NCBI GenBank assembly: GCA_963845185.1 | Contig: CAWJRG010000001.1 | Location: 224,001 to 288,000, forward strand | From: an uncultured bacterium | GTDB taxonomy: Bacteria; Oederibacteriota; PGYV01; CAWJRG01 | Direction of reading: 5' to 3' | Length of the DNA stretch: 64,000 nt | Shown here: piece by piece, positions 9,948-20,027 of the stretch | Layout of the letters: each line of letters begins with the position of its first letter | Position numbering within the stretch: the stretch's first letter is position 1 | Position numbers and translations under genes: made by a program | Notes under the pieces: model-generated | The model's database searches: none | What the model was told of the DNA's origin: nothing | The model's input: only the letters and a program-made list of their open reading frames with translations

Positions 9948-10013
9948 CATGGCGTGTCTCTACATTATCGCAATGCATTAGCAATCCATAAACGATATGT
10001 CCAGCACCTCTGT

Positions 10014-10571
10014 TTAAAAATCCTTTTCCCGCATTTTTATTTTATCAGGATGGTATTCGTCTATATCCCATTTAATAACATTATTGGCAATATATTCCCT
10101 GATTTTGTTCAGCGAATTCTCGTTACGGATGATGTGGTCGTAATAAAGCCTTTGCCATCCAAAATTTTTGTAATTATTCTTTGCTGCCCAGCGTTTAACA
10201 GAAGATTTGAATTGCCCGATAATTGCCGCCAGCGAGCCTTTTACAGGCCTTAAAAAATCATTATTTAATTGTAGAGACACGCCATGGCGTGTCTCTACTT
10301 TATTTTTTATTTTAATAATTCCGTGCATATGGTTTGGCATTATAATAAATTTATCTATATCAACATTCCCAAAATGTACCGGTATTTCTTTCCAGTATTT
10401 TTCAGCCGTTTCCCCTATTACTGATAATTTTACTTTCCAATCTTCTACCTTTCCAAAATATTCCTTATGATTCCTGCAGCATATCGTCACAAAATAATAT
10501 CCAAAAGCAGAATAATCCCATGATTTTAACCGCGCTGTATCAATACGGAATTTATTTTTAAACAATTCCAT
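10014..10571 (-). CDS. REP-associated tyrosine transposase (RAYT, HUH/Y1)
   Basis: RLKSWDYS..GYYFVTIC, HUH motif MPNHMHGII, WQR.YYDHIIRN, EYIANN; flanked by and containing REPs. Confidence 0.9.
   Translation of the reverse strand: MELFKNKFRIDTARLKSWDYSAFGYYFVTICCRNHKEYFGKVEDWKVKLSVIGETAEKYWKEIPVHFGNVDIDKFIIMPNHMHGIIKIKNKVETRHGVSLQLNNDFLRPVKGSLAAIIGQFKSSVKRWAAKNNYKNFGWQRLYYDHIIRNENSLNKIREYIANNVIKWDIDEYHPDKIKMREKDF
10271..10298. repeat. REP inside the RAYT coding sequence
   Basis: Perfect copy, translated in frame as VETRHGVSLQ. Confidence 0.92.
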
Positions 10572-10598
10572 TGATATACCCCTGATTATAATATCATC

Positions 10599-10626
10599 GT
10601 AGAGACACGCCATGGCGTGTTTCTAC
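10599..10626. repeat. REP palindrome (1 mismatch)
   Basis: GTAGAGACACGCCATGGCGTGTTTCTAC. Confidence 0.9.
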
Positions 10627-10635
10627 CTTAAAAAC

Positions 10636-11913
10636 CTACTCCACCTTCAGCAATTTTACCAAAAACAAGCTTAAATCCGGCACATAGGTAATAATCATCA
10701 GGCCTATAATAAGCATCATTAAGAAAGGCAAAGCTGACTTGGCAAGCGTCAGCACAGGTTTCCTGAACCTGAAGCTCGCGATAAATAAATTGATGCCCGC
10801 AGGCGGCGCCGAATACCCTATTTCAAGGTTTGTCAAAAATATTATTGCCATATGCACAGGGTCTATGCCGAATTGTACGGCTATGGGCACTATAAGGGGA
10901 AGTACGACTACCATTGCTGAGAAAACGTCCAGAACCGCCCCTACTATTATTAAAAACACATTTAAAATCAGCAGGAACGCGACCTTGCTGTGGATAAAAT
11001 GTTTCATCCAGTCGAGTATTTTCATGGGTACCTGCGCATCCACGAGGTAATTGGTCAGGCCCATTGCCGAGCCGAGTATGACAAATATGCCTCCCACAAT
11101 TATCATGCTTGCCCTGATGATGCGGGGAACATCGTGCCTTATGTTCAGGTCCCTGTAAATGAAAACCTCTATTATAAAAGCATAAAGCGCGGTCAGTACA
11201 GCAGCCTCTGATGCGGTAAATTTCCCGCTGTAAATCCCAAATAAAACCACAAAAGGGAGCGGTATTTCCCATATTGCGCCCTTAAAAGCCTGCCATAATT
11301 TGCTCCAGGAAAATGCCTCGGTGTTTTGTATCCTGTTCCCTTCCCTAATGGAAAGTATTGACATAAGTATTATAAGCATGATGCCGGGCAAAATACCGGC
11401 GACAAATAATTTGGTTATGCTTACTTTTGCTATTACGCCGTATAAAATTATAAGGAGACTCGGCGCGAACAGCAGCCCCAGGCTTCCTGAAGTCGTCAGC
11501 AGGCCGAGTGAAAATTTCTCCGAGTACCTGTCCTTTAAAAGCATCGGGAATAAAATCCCTCCCATGGCTATAATGGTAACGCCGGAAGCGCCTGAAAAAG
11601 AAGTAAAGAACGCGCATACAATCAGCGCAACTATTGCAGTGCCGCCCTTAAACCATCCTGCAAGCGCCCTTATAAAGTTTATGAGCCTCCGGGGCGTGCC
11701 GCTGTCTGCCATCAAATACCCGGCAAAGGTAAAAAGCGGTATTGCTATCAGAACCGACGATGTCGCTATCCTGCTTATTTCTATGATTACCGCCGACATA
11801 TCTATCCCTGCAAGCATAAAAAGAATCAGGGCCAGCCCTCCAAATACCACAAACAATGGCGTGCCTATGACTGCCAGAGAGATTATTAGGATCCCCACAA
11901 TTATAGCTGTCAT
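10636..11913 (-). CDS. dctM: TRAP transporter large permease
   Basis: LIAIPLF..AG..M..SG, SGASG, GSLG.L..PS, GIDPVH, PP.GINLF. Confidence 0.92.
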   Translation of the reverse strand: MTAIIVGILIISLAVIGTPLFVVFGGLALILFMLAGIDMSAVIIEISRIATSSVLIAIPLFTFAGYLMADSGTPRRLINFIRALAGWFKGGTAIVALIVCAFFTSFSGASGVTIIAMGGILFPMLLKDRYSEKFSLGLLTTSGSLGLLFAPSLLIILYGVIAKVSITKLFVAGILPGIMLIILMSILSIREGNRIQNTEAFSWSKLWQAFKGAIWEIPLPFVVLFGIYSGKFTASEAAVLTALYAFIIEVFIYRDLNIRHDVPRIIRASMIIVGGIFVILGSAMGLTNYLVDAQVPMKILDWMKHFIHSKVAFLLILNVFLIIVGAVLDVFSAMVVVLPLIVPIAVQFGIDPVHMAIIFLTNLEIGYSAPPAGINLFIASFRFRKPVLTLAKSALPFLMMLIIGLMIITYVPDLSLFLVKLLKVE

Positions 11914-12401
11914 TTTCTGCGTCCCGCGGCCATGCAGGTAATTGCTTCAATCGCGCGCTGCAAAAACATCAGGCCCATGAAAATAAATGTCATTGGTATT
12001 ATTGATTCCATAATCCATATCGGCACAAAAAATACTTTTGTGGTATCGGAAATTTCATTGATTATAAAGCTTACCGCGGCCCACGACATAAAAACCATAA
12101 TTATAAAAGAGGCCGTGTTTATTATAAGGTTTACGAGGTTTTCATTGATTTTTTTCAGCTGTTTTGACACTACATCAAGGTTTATGTGCCTCTTCTTAAA
12201 CGTGGCCAGTGCCGCTCCCAGAAACGCCACCCACAAGACCATGTACCTGGTAAAAATATCTGCGCTGGTGAACCCGCTTTTAAAAAACAAGCGCAAAATA
12301 ACCTGGAGGGACGAAAAAAGGAACAGGGCTCCGAAGAGGATTACAATGAGGATTTTTTGAAACTTATATAATATATAGTTTAATCTTCTTAAAAATTTCA
12401 C
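11910..12401 (-). CDS. dctQ: TRAP transporter small permease
   Basis: Four TM segments; RYMVLWVAFLGA...HINLD. Confidence 0.9.
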   Translation of the reverse strand: MKFLRRLNYILYKFQKILIVILFGALFLFSSLQVILRLFFKSGFTSADIFTRYMVLWVAFLGAALATFKKRHINLDVVSKQLKKINENLVNLIINTASFIIMVFMSWAAVSFIINEISDTTKVFFVPIWIMESIIPMTFIFMGLMFLQRAIEAITCMAAGRRK

Positions 12402-13429
12402 TTTGTTGTTTTTTCCTTTTCGGCAGGTTTAATTTTCCTTGCCTCAGCCAGGTACTTAAGCATGTCGTCGAGCATTTTTTGAGTGTAAAACTTTCCCACG
12501 AGCTGCTGCGCCGTTTTAATGCTTACGTCCTCGAAAATTTTCGAGTCATCATTGCTGTTTATACGGGTAAAAACTACGCCGTTTTTCTTTTCCAGGGCAG
12601 TAAGCGCTTCCGCGTTTTCCTTCCTGGAAAGCTGTGTGAGTTTGTCTAAATACTTTTTCGCGCAATCCTTTATTATTTTCTGGTAATCCGCCGGTATTTT
12701 ATCCCAGTCCTGCTTGTTTATAAGCACTCCGCCCGGTACGTTTGCTATTTTCAGATCCAGCATATATTTAATCTTAGTGCTCCACTGCATAGCTATGGCT
12801 GACAGGGGCGAACAGTAAACACCCTCTATCAGGCCGGTCTGAAGCGACTGCATGACGTCTATAAGCGACAACGGTATCGGCGATATGTTTAAATTCTTAA
12901 AAAGCGTGTTCACGAGTATATCGTCTCCCCATATCCACATTTTAAGGTTCTGGAAGTCCTTTAAAGACTCTATTTTTTTTGTTGAAAAGACATATACAAA
13001 CCCCACTTCGGGCCATCCGAGCACTACAAAGCCCTTTTGCGTGAATTTTTCCTCCAGTATCGGCGTAATTTTTTTCATTACATAATCAATTTCGCTGTAG
13101 TTTTTAAAAAGCATGGGCAGGTTTAATATTCTCACTTCGCTTACTATATCTCCAAGTCCCTGCGAGGTAAACCCGGCCGCGTGTATCTGGTTTATCTTCA
13201 TTTTTCTTAGAACATCGTTTTCGTCCCCGCTAACCCCGCCAGGGTAAAACTGGAATTTTACGGCCCCGTTGGTTTTTTCAACAACTTCATTGTTCATGTC
13301 TTCCATCACGTTCATCCACGTTGACCCTTCAGGCGCGACAGACGCGAATTTTATTATATATTTCGCGTCAGCGTTAATAAATGCAGTCATAAATAATAAA
13401 CTCAATAAAATTATGGCCAATTTTTTCAT
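12398..13429 (-). CDS. dctP: TRAP substrate-binding protein (TatP-type)
   Basis: IKFASVAPEGSTW, YPGGVSGDE, SLQTGLIE. Confidence 0.9.
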   Translation of the reverse strand: MKKLAIILLSLLFMTAFINADAKYIIKFASVAPEGSTWMNVMEDMNNEVVEKTNGAVKFQFYPGGVSGDENDVLRKMKINQIHAAGFTSQGLGDIVSEVRILNLPMLFKNYSEIDYVMKKITPILEEKFTQKGFVVLGWPEVGFVYVFSTKKIESLKDFQNLKMWIWGDDILVNTLFKNLNISPIPLSLIDVMQSLQTGLIEGVYCSPLSAIAMQWSTKIKYMLDLKIANVPGGVLINKQDWDKIPADYQKIIKDCAKKYLDKLTQLSRKENAEALTALEKKNGVVFTRINSNDDSKIFEDVSIKTAQQLVGKFYTQKMLDDMLKYLAEARKIKPAEKEKTTK

Positions 13430-13470
13430 CTTGTCCTCCTGTTAAAATTGAAAATTGACAATTGTTAATT

Positions 13471-14373
13471 TTAAAAATAGTCCTTCATCTTTTGTTCCAG
13501 TATTTCCGCTTTCTTTTTTGCCATCAGGGTAAATAAATTTTCCGGGATTATATCGTCCCTCGTCGCCCTAATGGATGCTATTAAATCTTCAAATAATTTT
13601 TTGTCCTGCTGCCCTACGGCGTAATACTTCGCCATATAAAAGTCCGCCAGTATGAATTTACCGCCGGATATTTCCTTTTCCTTTTCATATTCCTTCCGGG
13701 CTTTGTCAAAGTCCCCACCGAACATTTTCGGCATGCTGTAGTACGCTATCATAAAGACATGAGGTATACCGTAAAAATATCTGTCGTCGAGCTCTATAAC
13801 CCTGTCTATAAGTGCCTTTGCCCTGGGAAGGTCAGCCACATCCTCCGGCGAATCCTTGCTTAAATTAATATAGCTGCTCCAGGCAAAAGCCGTCCAAAAA
13901 AGCGTTTCCACGTCATCTTTGTTAAAAGCAATCATCATTTTTTGAAACGACTCAAGGTCGCTGCCCTGCTCAATCATTTTTTTGAAATCGTTGTTCTTTT
14001 CAAGAACTGCCATGCCGTAATTTTTTGCCCTTTTATAAAAATTTTTTGCGCGGGCCGTATTTTCCCTGTCTTTCTTCATGTCCATTGTGGCGTCTTCCAG
14101 ATAACCCATGGCGTACATGGAGTAAAGTTTGCATCCTTTTAAAAGCAAGCCCTCGTTTTCATACCCGGATGCCTGTATAAGCCCGTCCAGCAGCTTAAGG
14201 TTCGCCGGTATTGCTTCGCCGGCAAAATCAAGGTCGTTTTCCTGAAAAAAAGAATTTGCAACGTCATCCATGAATAAACCGGTTGTGTTTACAACTGTCT
14301 TTTTTAGGGAGCAGCCCGAAAGCACTATAACCACTGCGCCGAAAACAGCCATTATTTTTTTATTTATAAGCAT
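13471..14373 (-). CDS. TPAT T-component lipoprotein (TatT-like)
   Basis: Lipobox LSGC, helical TPR-like body, P.MFGGD motif, position upstream of dctPQM. Confidence 0.8.
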   Translation of the reverse strand: MLINKKIMAVFGAVVIVLSGCSLKKTVVNTTGLFMDDVANSFFQENDLDFAGEAIPANLKLLDGLIQASGYENEGLLLKGCKLYSMYAMGYLEDATMDMKKDRENTARAKNFYKRAKNYGMAVLEKNNDFKKMIEQGSDLESFQKMMIAFNKDDVETLFWTAFAWSSYINLSKDSPEDVADLPRAKALIDRVIELDDRYFYGIPHVFMIAYYSMPKMFGGDFDKARKEYEKEKEISGGKFILADFYMAKYYAVGQQDKKLFEDLIASIRATRDDIIPENLFTLMAKKKAEILEQKMKDYF

Positions 14374-15091
14374 TTAATCCCTCCGGCGGTTCTTTTTCAT
14401 CCGCAGTTTCACTCAGTTCTTTCTCCTTATACAGCTTGTAGCCCACAAGCTCAGCGTGATGATTTTTCGTATCGCTGTAGGCATAACCTGTATTTTTACC
14501 GTACCAGTAATTTTCCTGGTAAAATCCTTTGCCGTCACCCTCGTCAATCATTACCGATATATGGCAGGTATCGATAGTTCCCGCGGCAGTTGTTATCTTT
14601 TCATACCCCACGCATTCAAACCTGGATTCTATGTTCCGCGTTATTTTAAAAAACTTAAAAATAAGCGCGTCTGCCTTGCCTTTTACATCCCACTTATCGC
14701 CTGCTTTCAAAGGGAATTTCATTATCTGCACTTCAGGCGTAAAATCGACATATACCGAAAAATTAAATATCGGGAATGGGTATTTCATCGACTTCATGTA
14801 CACTCCGGTCTCGTCTTTCCTCATAAGATACCTGATATCCACGCTGGGCGCGTAAAAATAATAGTATTCTTTGCCGTCCCTTTCTTCAATGCGTATTACC
14901 TGGGCTTTCACATTAAGGAGTTTGTCCTTATTGGATTGCTTATATGCCTTGAGGTACCATGTATTATTTAACTGCATAGGGTAATAAAGTCCGGACTCGT
15001 CTTGCAGCCCGGAATTTTTACTGCCTTTTTTCGCAGGCAAATATGCTGTTAACATTACAAAAATAATTACTAAAACAATAAATCTTTTCAA
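14360..15091 (-). CDS. Exported hypothetical protein
   Basis: Signal peptide; YYP...N.W and E.ITTAAGT motifs; operonic overlap. Confidence 0.65.
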   Translation of the reverse strand: MKRFIVLVIIFVMLTAYLPAKKGSKNSGLQDESGLYYPMQLNNTWYLKAYKQSNKDKLLNVKAQVIRIEERDGKEYYYFYAPSVDIRYLMRKDETGVYMKSMKYPFPIFNFSVYVDFTPEVQIMKFPLKAGDKWDVKGKADALIFKFFKITRNIESRFECVGYEKITTAAGTIDTCHISVMIDEGDGKGFYQENYWYGKNTGYAYSDTKNHHAELVGYKLYKEKELSETADEKEPPEGLNAYK

Positions 15092-15221
15092 AATTTCACC
15101 CTTTAATAAAGTTATTAATTGCTGTCTGAAACTTGCAATTTAAATCGCAATATAAGTAAGAATATCATATTAGGAATATTGTGTCAATGTGAGGATGGAC
15201 CAAGTTGATTCCCGGATATTT

Positions 15222-18200
15222 TTACAAAATGCTTTTCAGCTTATTATGTATCCTGTCCGCCTGCATCATAAAAATCTCAAGCCTGGATTGTATGACCGGG
15301 GGGTACGGATTGCCGTCGGTTTCAATGTGCAGGTAAGGAAGGTGTTTTATGCTGTTTTCGTATTTATGCCATCCATTGCCGTTGTCCGCGTTTTCAGCGC
15401 TTTTTAACTTGCCGCCCAGTGTCATTTCTTTGCTTAATATCGCCTCGCTAAGCCTGCTCGGCATGCAGTTAAAAGGCCCTATTGATATTACACCGCACGC
15501 CTCGTCAAGTATTTCGCGCATCGCAAGACCCGTGGTAAGTATGCCCTCTCCAAGCAGTTTTCTGGAAATCAAATGGCTCGAGTGCTCTATTGTTTTTTCT
15601 ATTTCAATTGTATTTTCCATGCTAAGCCCTGATTTAGCCATGATATTTTTTAATCTTTTCTCAAGCCAGCGCTCCACACTATCGGTAAAACCTGCCTTTA
15701 AACCTTGCAAAAACGTTTCTTTTCTTAATCCGTTTTTCGACAGGTAATTGCAGTAAAAAATGTATTCCGCCACGGGTGCAGTCCTGACGACAAAACCATT
15801 GTCCGCCAGGGTTTTTAAAAGTCCAAGTTTTGAAAATTCTTCCTTTCTTATATAAATCTCCCCTACAAGTGATATTGTTTTCGCATTTTTCAGTGTATGC
15901 GTTAATTCTATCTGCGAGAGCCTGGCCGCGCTCTTTTTTGCGCTGTTCATAACTCCGGTGATTTTGCCGTTCTCTATGCTTTTCAGTATTTGCTCCCATT
16001 CAATATTCAGGATGCGAATCGCGGACTCCCTGTCAACAGCCATGGCCATAAGGGCGTTTTCAATATCCTGAAAAACATCCGAAAGCACTATACCTGCCCA
16101 AGTCATAACAAAATATTTTTTCCCAAGCCCCCTGTATGAATTCTCATCGTTGAGCGAAAATATTCCTGTATTTTTCAGCCCCAGTTCCCTGATTAAATCC
16201 TTTATGGCGACATAATATTGCCCCTGCCTGCACGGGCCTGTGCTTTTCGGCATAAAAAAAAGGATTTTTTTGTCCGGATTTCTGTTTTCCTTCATATATT
16301 CTATCATGGACCCTGCCGTCAACATAAAAGGCAGGCATTCCTTGCACGAAGAATGCGCCCTGCCGTATTTCAGGGTCTTTTCCGTAGGCACAGGCATGGG
16401 CTTCGCGTTTATTCCTATTGCCCTGAAACTCGCGGCCAGCGCGCCGGTACCGAACCTGCCCATGGACGGTATTAAAAGCTCAACTTCTTGCGAATTTATC
16501 TTGTGTTCCATTGCCTCGTTACCAATTACATAAAGCCCGTCTTTGCGGCTTTTTACCTCGAGCGGAATGCAGTTTTTCTTTTCCAGCGCTCCTGATGCGC
16601 CGTGTTTTTGTATTTCCCTGTAATTTATTATTATATCCATTGCAGCCTCGACTCTTGTCTCAATACCCACGTCCGCTGAATGGCTGTCAAGCTCCAGCGT
16701 CAGCGACGGCTTTTCTCCCATAATCCGCCTGAAATAAGGCACAATAAAAGAATCCGGGCCGCAGGAAAAATTGGTGATATATGCCCCGAAAAGCTGCGGA
16801 TGCTTTTTTACAAAACGCGCGCTTTGCAGGATATGCTGCCCAGCATGCCAGTACATATGCTCATAAGATTCCCTACTGTCGTCTGTTGCCAGAAAATCAA
16901 ACGGAATAACAGTAAAACCTTTTGACGCGATTTTTTCAGGTATGCTTAAGTTCGTTTCCCTGGCAAAAGCGTTATAGGACCTGCCGAATAATACCACCGC
17001 AAACTTATTTTTATCAGCCTCGACATTTTTAATTGCCTGCCTGCCGTATTCTTTAAACTCTGCGAGCATCCGGTCGTACTGTAAATTCGCGAACTTGAAT
17101 GCCTGCCTTGCTTCCTCAACGCTCTTTCCAAGGCCTTTGGCAACATCTATAAATACTTTTTCTATTTCGACGCTATCCCGGGAAAAATCAATAACCGGCG
17201 TTATTATTTGCGGCATCTTTTCGTCTGAAAACGCCGATTTAAGCAAATAACTTTCTCCCTGAACAAAAACGCATGTGCGTTTGTATTTATTCTCCTTTTG
17301 GCCGTGCATCTCGGTTACGTGCGGCAGGAAAATATAGTCTGGCTTTTTGTCCAGCAGCCCCATAAAAAAACCGTGCGACACCTCTACAGGAAAACAAAAA
17401 GACGACTGCATGTTTTCTGCTGTGTCTTTCTTCATCACGTCCGGCAAAACGACTTTAAACCCCAGTTTTGCAAAAAAATTATAATAAAGGGGGTAAAAGG
17501 TATTAACCAGCAGGCTTTTGTTTATTCCTATGGTTTTTCCGTTGCCATTTGGATATGAAACGTATTTTTCAAAAACAAGATTTTGCCTGATTTTGACGTA
17601 ATCATTGTTTTCAGGCTCTTGCTTTGCTCTCATTCTCTGGTTGTAGTATTTGTCGCATGCTCCGCCGAAAGGATATTTCCTGCCGTCGATCCCTATCATG
17701 GCGACCGTGCATTTCCTGTCGCATGTTTTTTCAGCTCCGCCTGCGCATGTAAATTCCGATACGCGCTCAAATTTTCTTTGTATAAGCTCAGCGAGGCTGT
17801 AATCGGCCCTGCCCATAATGCCGTTTTTTATCCTGCCCTTGACCTCAAGCGCTGCGCCGAAAGCACCCATAAGCCCGGGTTCGGGCGGTACGATTATTTC
17901 CCTGTTGATTAGAATTGACATGGCTGCGGGTACTGCTTTGTTATAGCACACGCCGCCCTGCATAAAAATCTTCTTTCCCATTGGCCTCGCGCCCTTTACC
18001 CTGTTTATATAATTCATGCATATAGAATATACCAGTCCTGCAGTAATATCGTTTTTGCTTACGCCGGACTGGGCAGCGTTTTTAATGTCGCTTGAAATAA
18101 AGGCCGCGCACTGGTCGCTGAAATTCGGGGCTTTTTCCGCCAGCATCGCCGATTTGCCAATATCCCTGTAATCAATGTTAAGTGTCTCTTTTGCGGCTTC

Positions 18201-19502
18201 TTCCAGGAACGACCCCGTTCCTGCGGAGCAAGCCTCGTTCATGGCGTAATCGCCGGCTATGCCGCCTGTGAGGTGAGTGTATTTCGCGTCCTGTCCGCCT
18301 ATCTCGAATATTGTGTCAACGTCTTTGTCGAAATATGAAGCTGCCCTTGCATGCGCCACTATTTCATTCACTATGCCTTTGGTCAGGGCATGCAGCCCGG
18401 CTATGTGCCTGCCCGAGCCCGTTACGCCGAGGCCTGTTATTGTTATTTTTACCTTTCCTGCCTGCTTTTTTATCCTTTTATAGCATTCTAAAGCCGCCTC
18501 AACCGGGTTCCCGTTTGTCCGCAAATAGGCTGACGCAAGTATTGTATTGTCGTTTTCCCTTGTTAAAACAGCCTTTGTCGTCGTGGATCCGACATCAAGC
18601 CCGATCAGGCAAATGTCATTTTCTTTTGCCTGATCCTTTTTGATTGCTTTAAAAATAACCCTTGCCCGGCCCGCTGACAGCGGTTCCAGGAAAGTATATT
18701 GCGCAGATCCGGTCTTGAACAGCCTGTTTTTTAAAACTTTTTCTCCGTGCCTTAAGCCTGCAATGCTTGCGCCAAGCGCCTCCATATAAGCCGCTTCTTT
18801 AGGTACATATATATCCGGGTATGTTTCCCGTAAAAACCTCAGCACCCCAATGTTTTTCGAGACACCGCCGGCTATAATGATTTTTTTAGATTTTTGTTTT
18901 GATATTAGGCCGGTTATTTTATCCGCGGTCATTTTGCACAAGCCCGCTGCAACCCCGGCTTTTTCCACGCCTTTATTCAGCGCGTGTGTGCAGTCGCTTT
19001 TACAGAATACGCTGCACCTTCCTGAAAGTAAATACGGCTCGTTCTCTTTCGACAGTCTCGCTGCTCTGTCTACGCTTATGTCCATGCGCCTGGCCTGCTG
19101 GAAGAAAAATTCGCCTGTGCCTGACGCGCATTTATTGCCGGTGTATACGTTTATTATACCGCCGTCCGCGTCAAGGCAGTAAACAAAAAAATTCTCTGCC
19201 CCGAGGCTCGCGACAACTTCATATTTGCCGGCCAGCCCCAGGAATTTTATCGCTTCCTCCAGCGCGGCAGGCTCATGCATTGATTTTGTATTCAGCGTTT
19301 CCCTGAATTTCTTGCCGGTAGCCATTACCAATAAATTTCCGCAGTCATTTTTCTTGAAGTATGACGATATTATTTTTTTAGGGTTGCCGTCATGGCGCAG
19401 GGACTTTACTGACAGGATTTTTATTTTTCCATTATTTTTTTCAGCGCGCACAAAAGAAACAGTCGCCGCGCCTATGCAGATTCCGAGAGATTTTACAGAC
19501 AT
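15222..19502 (-). CDS. Acyl-CoA dehydratase activase-like multidomain protein (two BadF/BadG ATPase domains plus DUF2229/HgdD-like region)
   Basis: CASGTG, GLDVGSTTTK, IGGQDAK, NEACSAGTGSF, FSCGPD, GPCRQGQY, GPFNCMP. Confidence 0.88.
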   Translation of the reverse strand: MSVKSLGICIGAATVSFVRAEKNNGKIKILSVKSLRHDGNPKKIISSYFKKNDCGNLLVMATGKKFRETLNTKSMHEPAALEEAIKFLGLAGKYEVVASLGAENFFVYCLDADGGIINVYTGNKCASGTGEFFFQQARRMDISVDRAARLSKENEPYLLSGRCSVFCKSDCTHALNKGVEKAGVAAGLCKMTADKITGLISKQKSKKIIIAGGVSKNIGVLRFLRETYPDIYVPKEAAYMEALGASIAGLRHGEKVLKNRLFKTGSAQYTFLEPLSAGRARVIFKAIKKDQAKENDICLIGLDVGSTTTKAVLTRENDNTILASAYLRTNGNPVEAALECYKRIKKQAGKVKITITGLGVTGSGRHIAGLHALTKGIVNEIVAHARAASYFDKDVDTIFEIGGQDAKYTHLTGGIAGDYAMNEACSAGTGSFLEEAAKETLNIDYRDIGKSAMLAEKAPNFSDQCAAFISSDIKNAAQSGVSKNDITAGLVYSICMNYINRVKGARPMGKKIFMQGGVCYNKAVPAAMSILINREIIVPPEPGLMGAFGAALEVKGRIKNGIMGRADYSLAELIQRKFERVSEFTCAGGAEKTCDRKCTVAMIGIDGRKYPFGGACDKYYNQRMRAKQEPENNDYVKIRQNLVFEKYVSYPNGNGKTIGINKSLLVNTFYPLYYNFFAKLGFKVVLPDVMKKDTAENMQSSFCFPVEVSHGFFMGLLDKKPDYIFLPHVTEMHGQKENKYKRTCVFVQGESYLLKSAFSDEKMPQIITPVIDFSRDSVEIEKVFIDVAKGLGKSVEEARQAFKFANLQYDRMLAEFKEYGRQAIKNVEADKNKFAVVLFGRSYNAFARETNLSIPEKIASKGFTVIPFDFLATDDSRESYEHMYWHAGQHILQSARFVKKHPQLFGAYITNFSCGPDSFIVPYFRRIMGEKPSLTLELDSHSADVGIETRVEAAMDIIINYREIQKHGASGALEKKNCIPLEVKSRKDGLYVIGNEAMEHKINSQEVELLIPSMGRFGTGALAASFRAIGINAKPMPVPTEKTLKYGRAHSSCKECLPFMLTAGSMIEYMKENRNPDKKILFFMPKSTGPCRQGQYYVAIKDLIRELGLKNTGIFSLNDENSYRGLGKKYFVMTWAGIVLSDVFQDIENALMAMAVDRESAIRILNIEWEQILKSIENGKITGVMNSAKKSAARLSQIELTHTLKNAKTISLVGEIYIRKEEFSKLGLLKTLADNGFVVRTAPVAEYIFYCNYLSKNGLRKETFLQGLKAGFTDSVERWLEKRLKNIMAKSGLSMENTIEIEKTIEHSSHLISRKLLGEGILTTGLAMREILDEACGVISIGPFNCMPSRLSEAILSKEMTLGGKLKSAENADNGNGWHKYENSIKHLPYLHIETDGNPYPPVIQSRLEIFMMQADRIHNKLKSIL

Positions 19503-19532
19503 TTTACACCTTCAACCTGTGCCGGGGCCTGC

Positions 19533-19955
19533 TCAACGCCGTTTATCCGGGATTTTCATGCTTAAAGTCAGGCCGTAGAAAATACCGAGCACCATCATTT
19601 CCAGGAGCCCTGTGCACAGTATGTAAATCATAGTGCTTTGCTGTATGTTGATAATCATGGACTGTGAAACAACATACATCAGCACCCTGAAAAACCAGGC
19701 AAGCACGCCGAAGCTTATGCCCTTTAAAAACCCGCTCTTGCCCGGCAGGCTCTGGTACAGTATCATGAATATGGCTGCCATGATAAACCCGTAAATAACA
19801 TCTATGGCTATCCCCGCTATCATATTCGGGCTTGTTCTTGCAATGGACTGGTATATAAGAAAAAGCTGCTTTGCCGCCGGGTTTGAATTTATCAGCCCGT
19901 CCATAAAAACAAACAGGAACCCTGCTATAAGGCTTACGGTCAAATATTTGATCAT
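19533..19955 (-). CDS. Four-TM membrane protein
   Basis: Hydrophobic segments; GGAGGTG RBS. Confidence 0.7.
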   Translation of the reverse strand: MIKYLTVSLIAGFLFVFMDGLINSNPAAKQLFLIYQSIARTSPNMIAGIAIDVIYGFIMAAIFMILYQSLPGKSGFLKGISFGVLAWFFRVLMYVVSQSMIINIQQSTMIYILCTGLLEMMVLGIFYGLTLSMKIPDKRR

Positions 19956-20027
19956 TTCATCTCACCTCCTGCACTAGATTGTATTTCGTAAAATTATAAC
20001 TTATCCTATTTCCCATTTTCACAACGG

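Larger units (their letters stand above)
8318..9963. repeat. REP split by IS insertion (left half 8318-8333, right half 9948-9963)
   Basis: GTAGAGACACGC-CATG | IS | CATG-GCGTGTCTCTAC. Confidence 0.9.
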
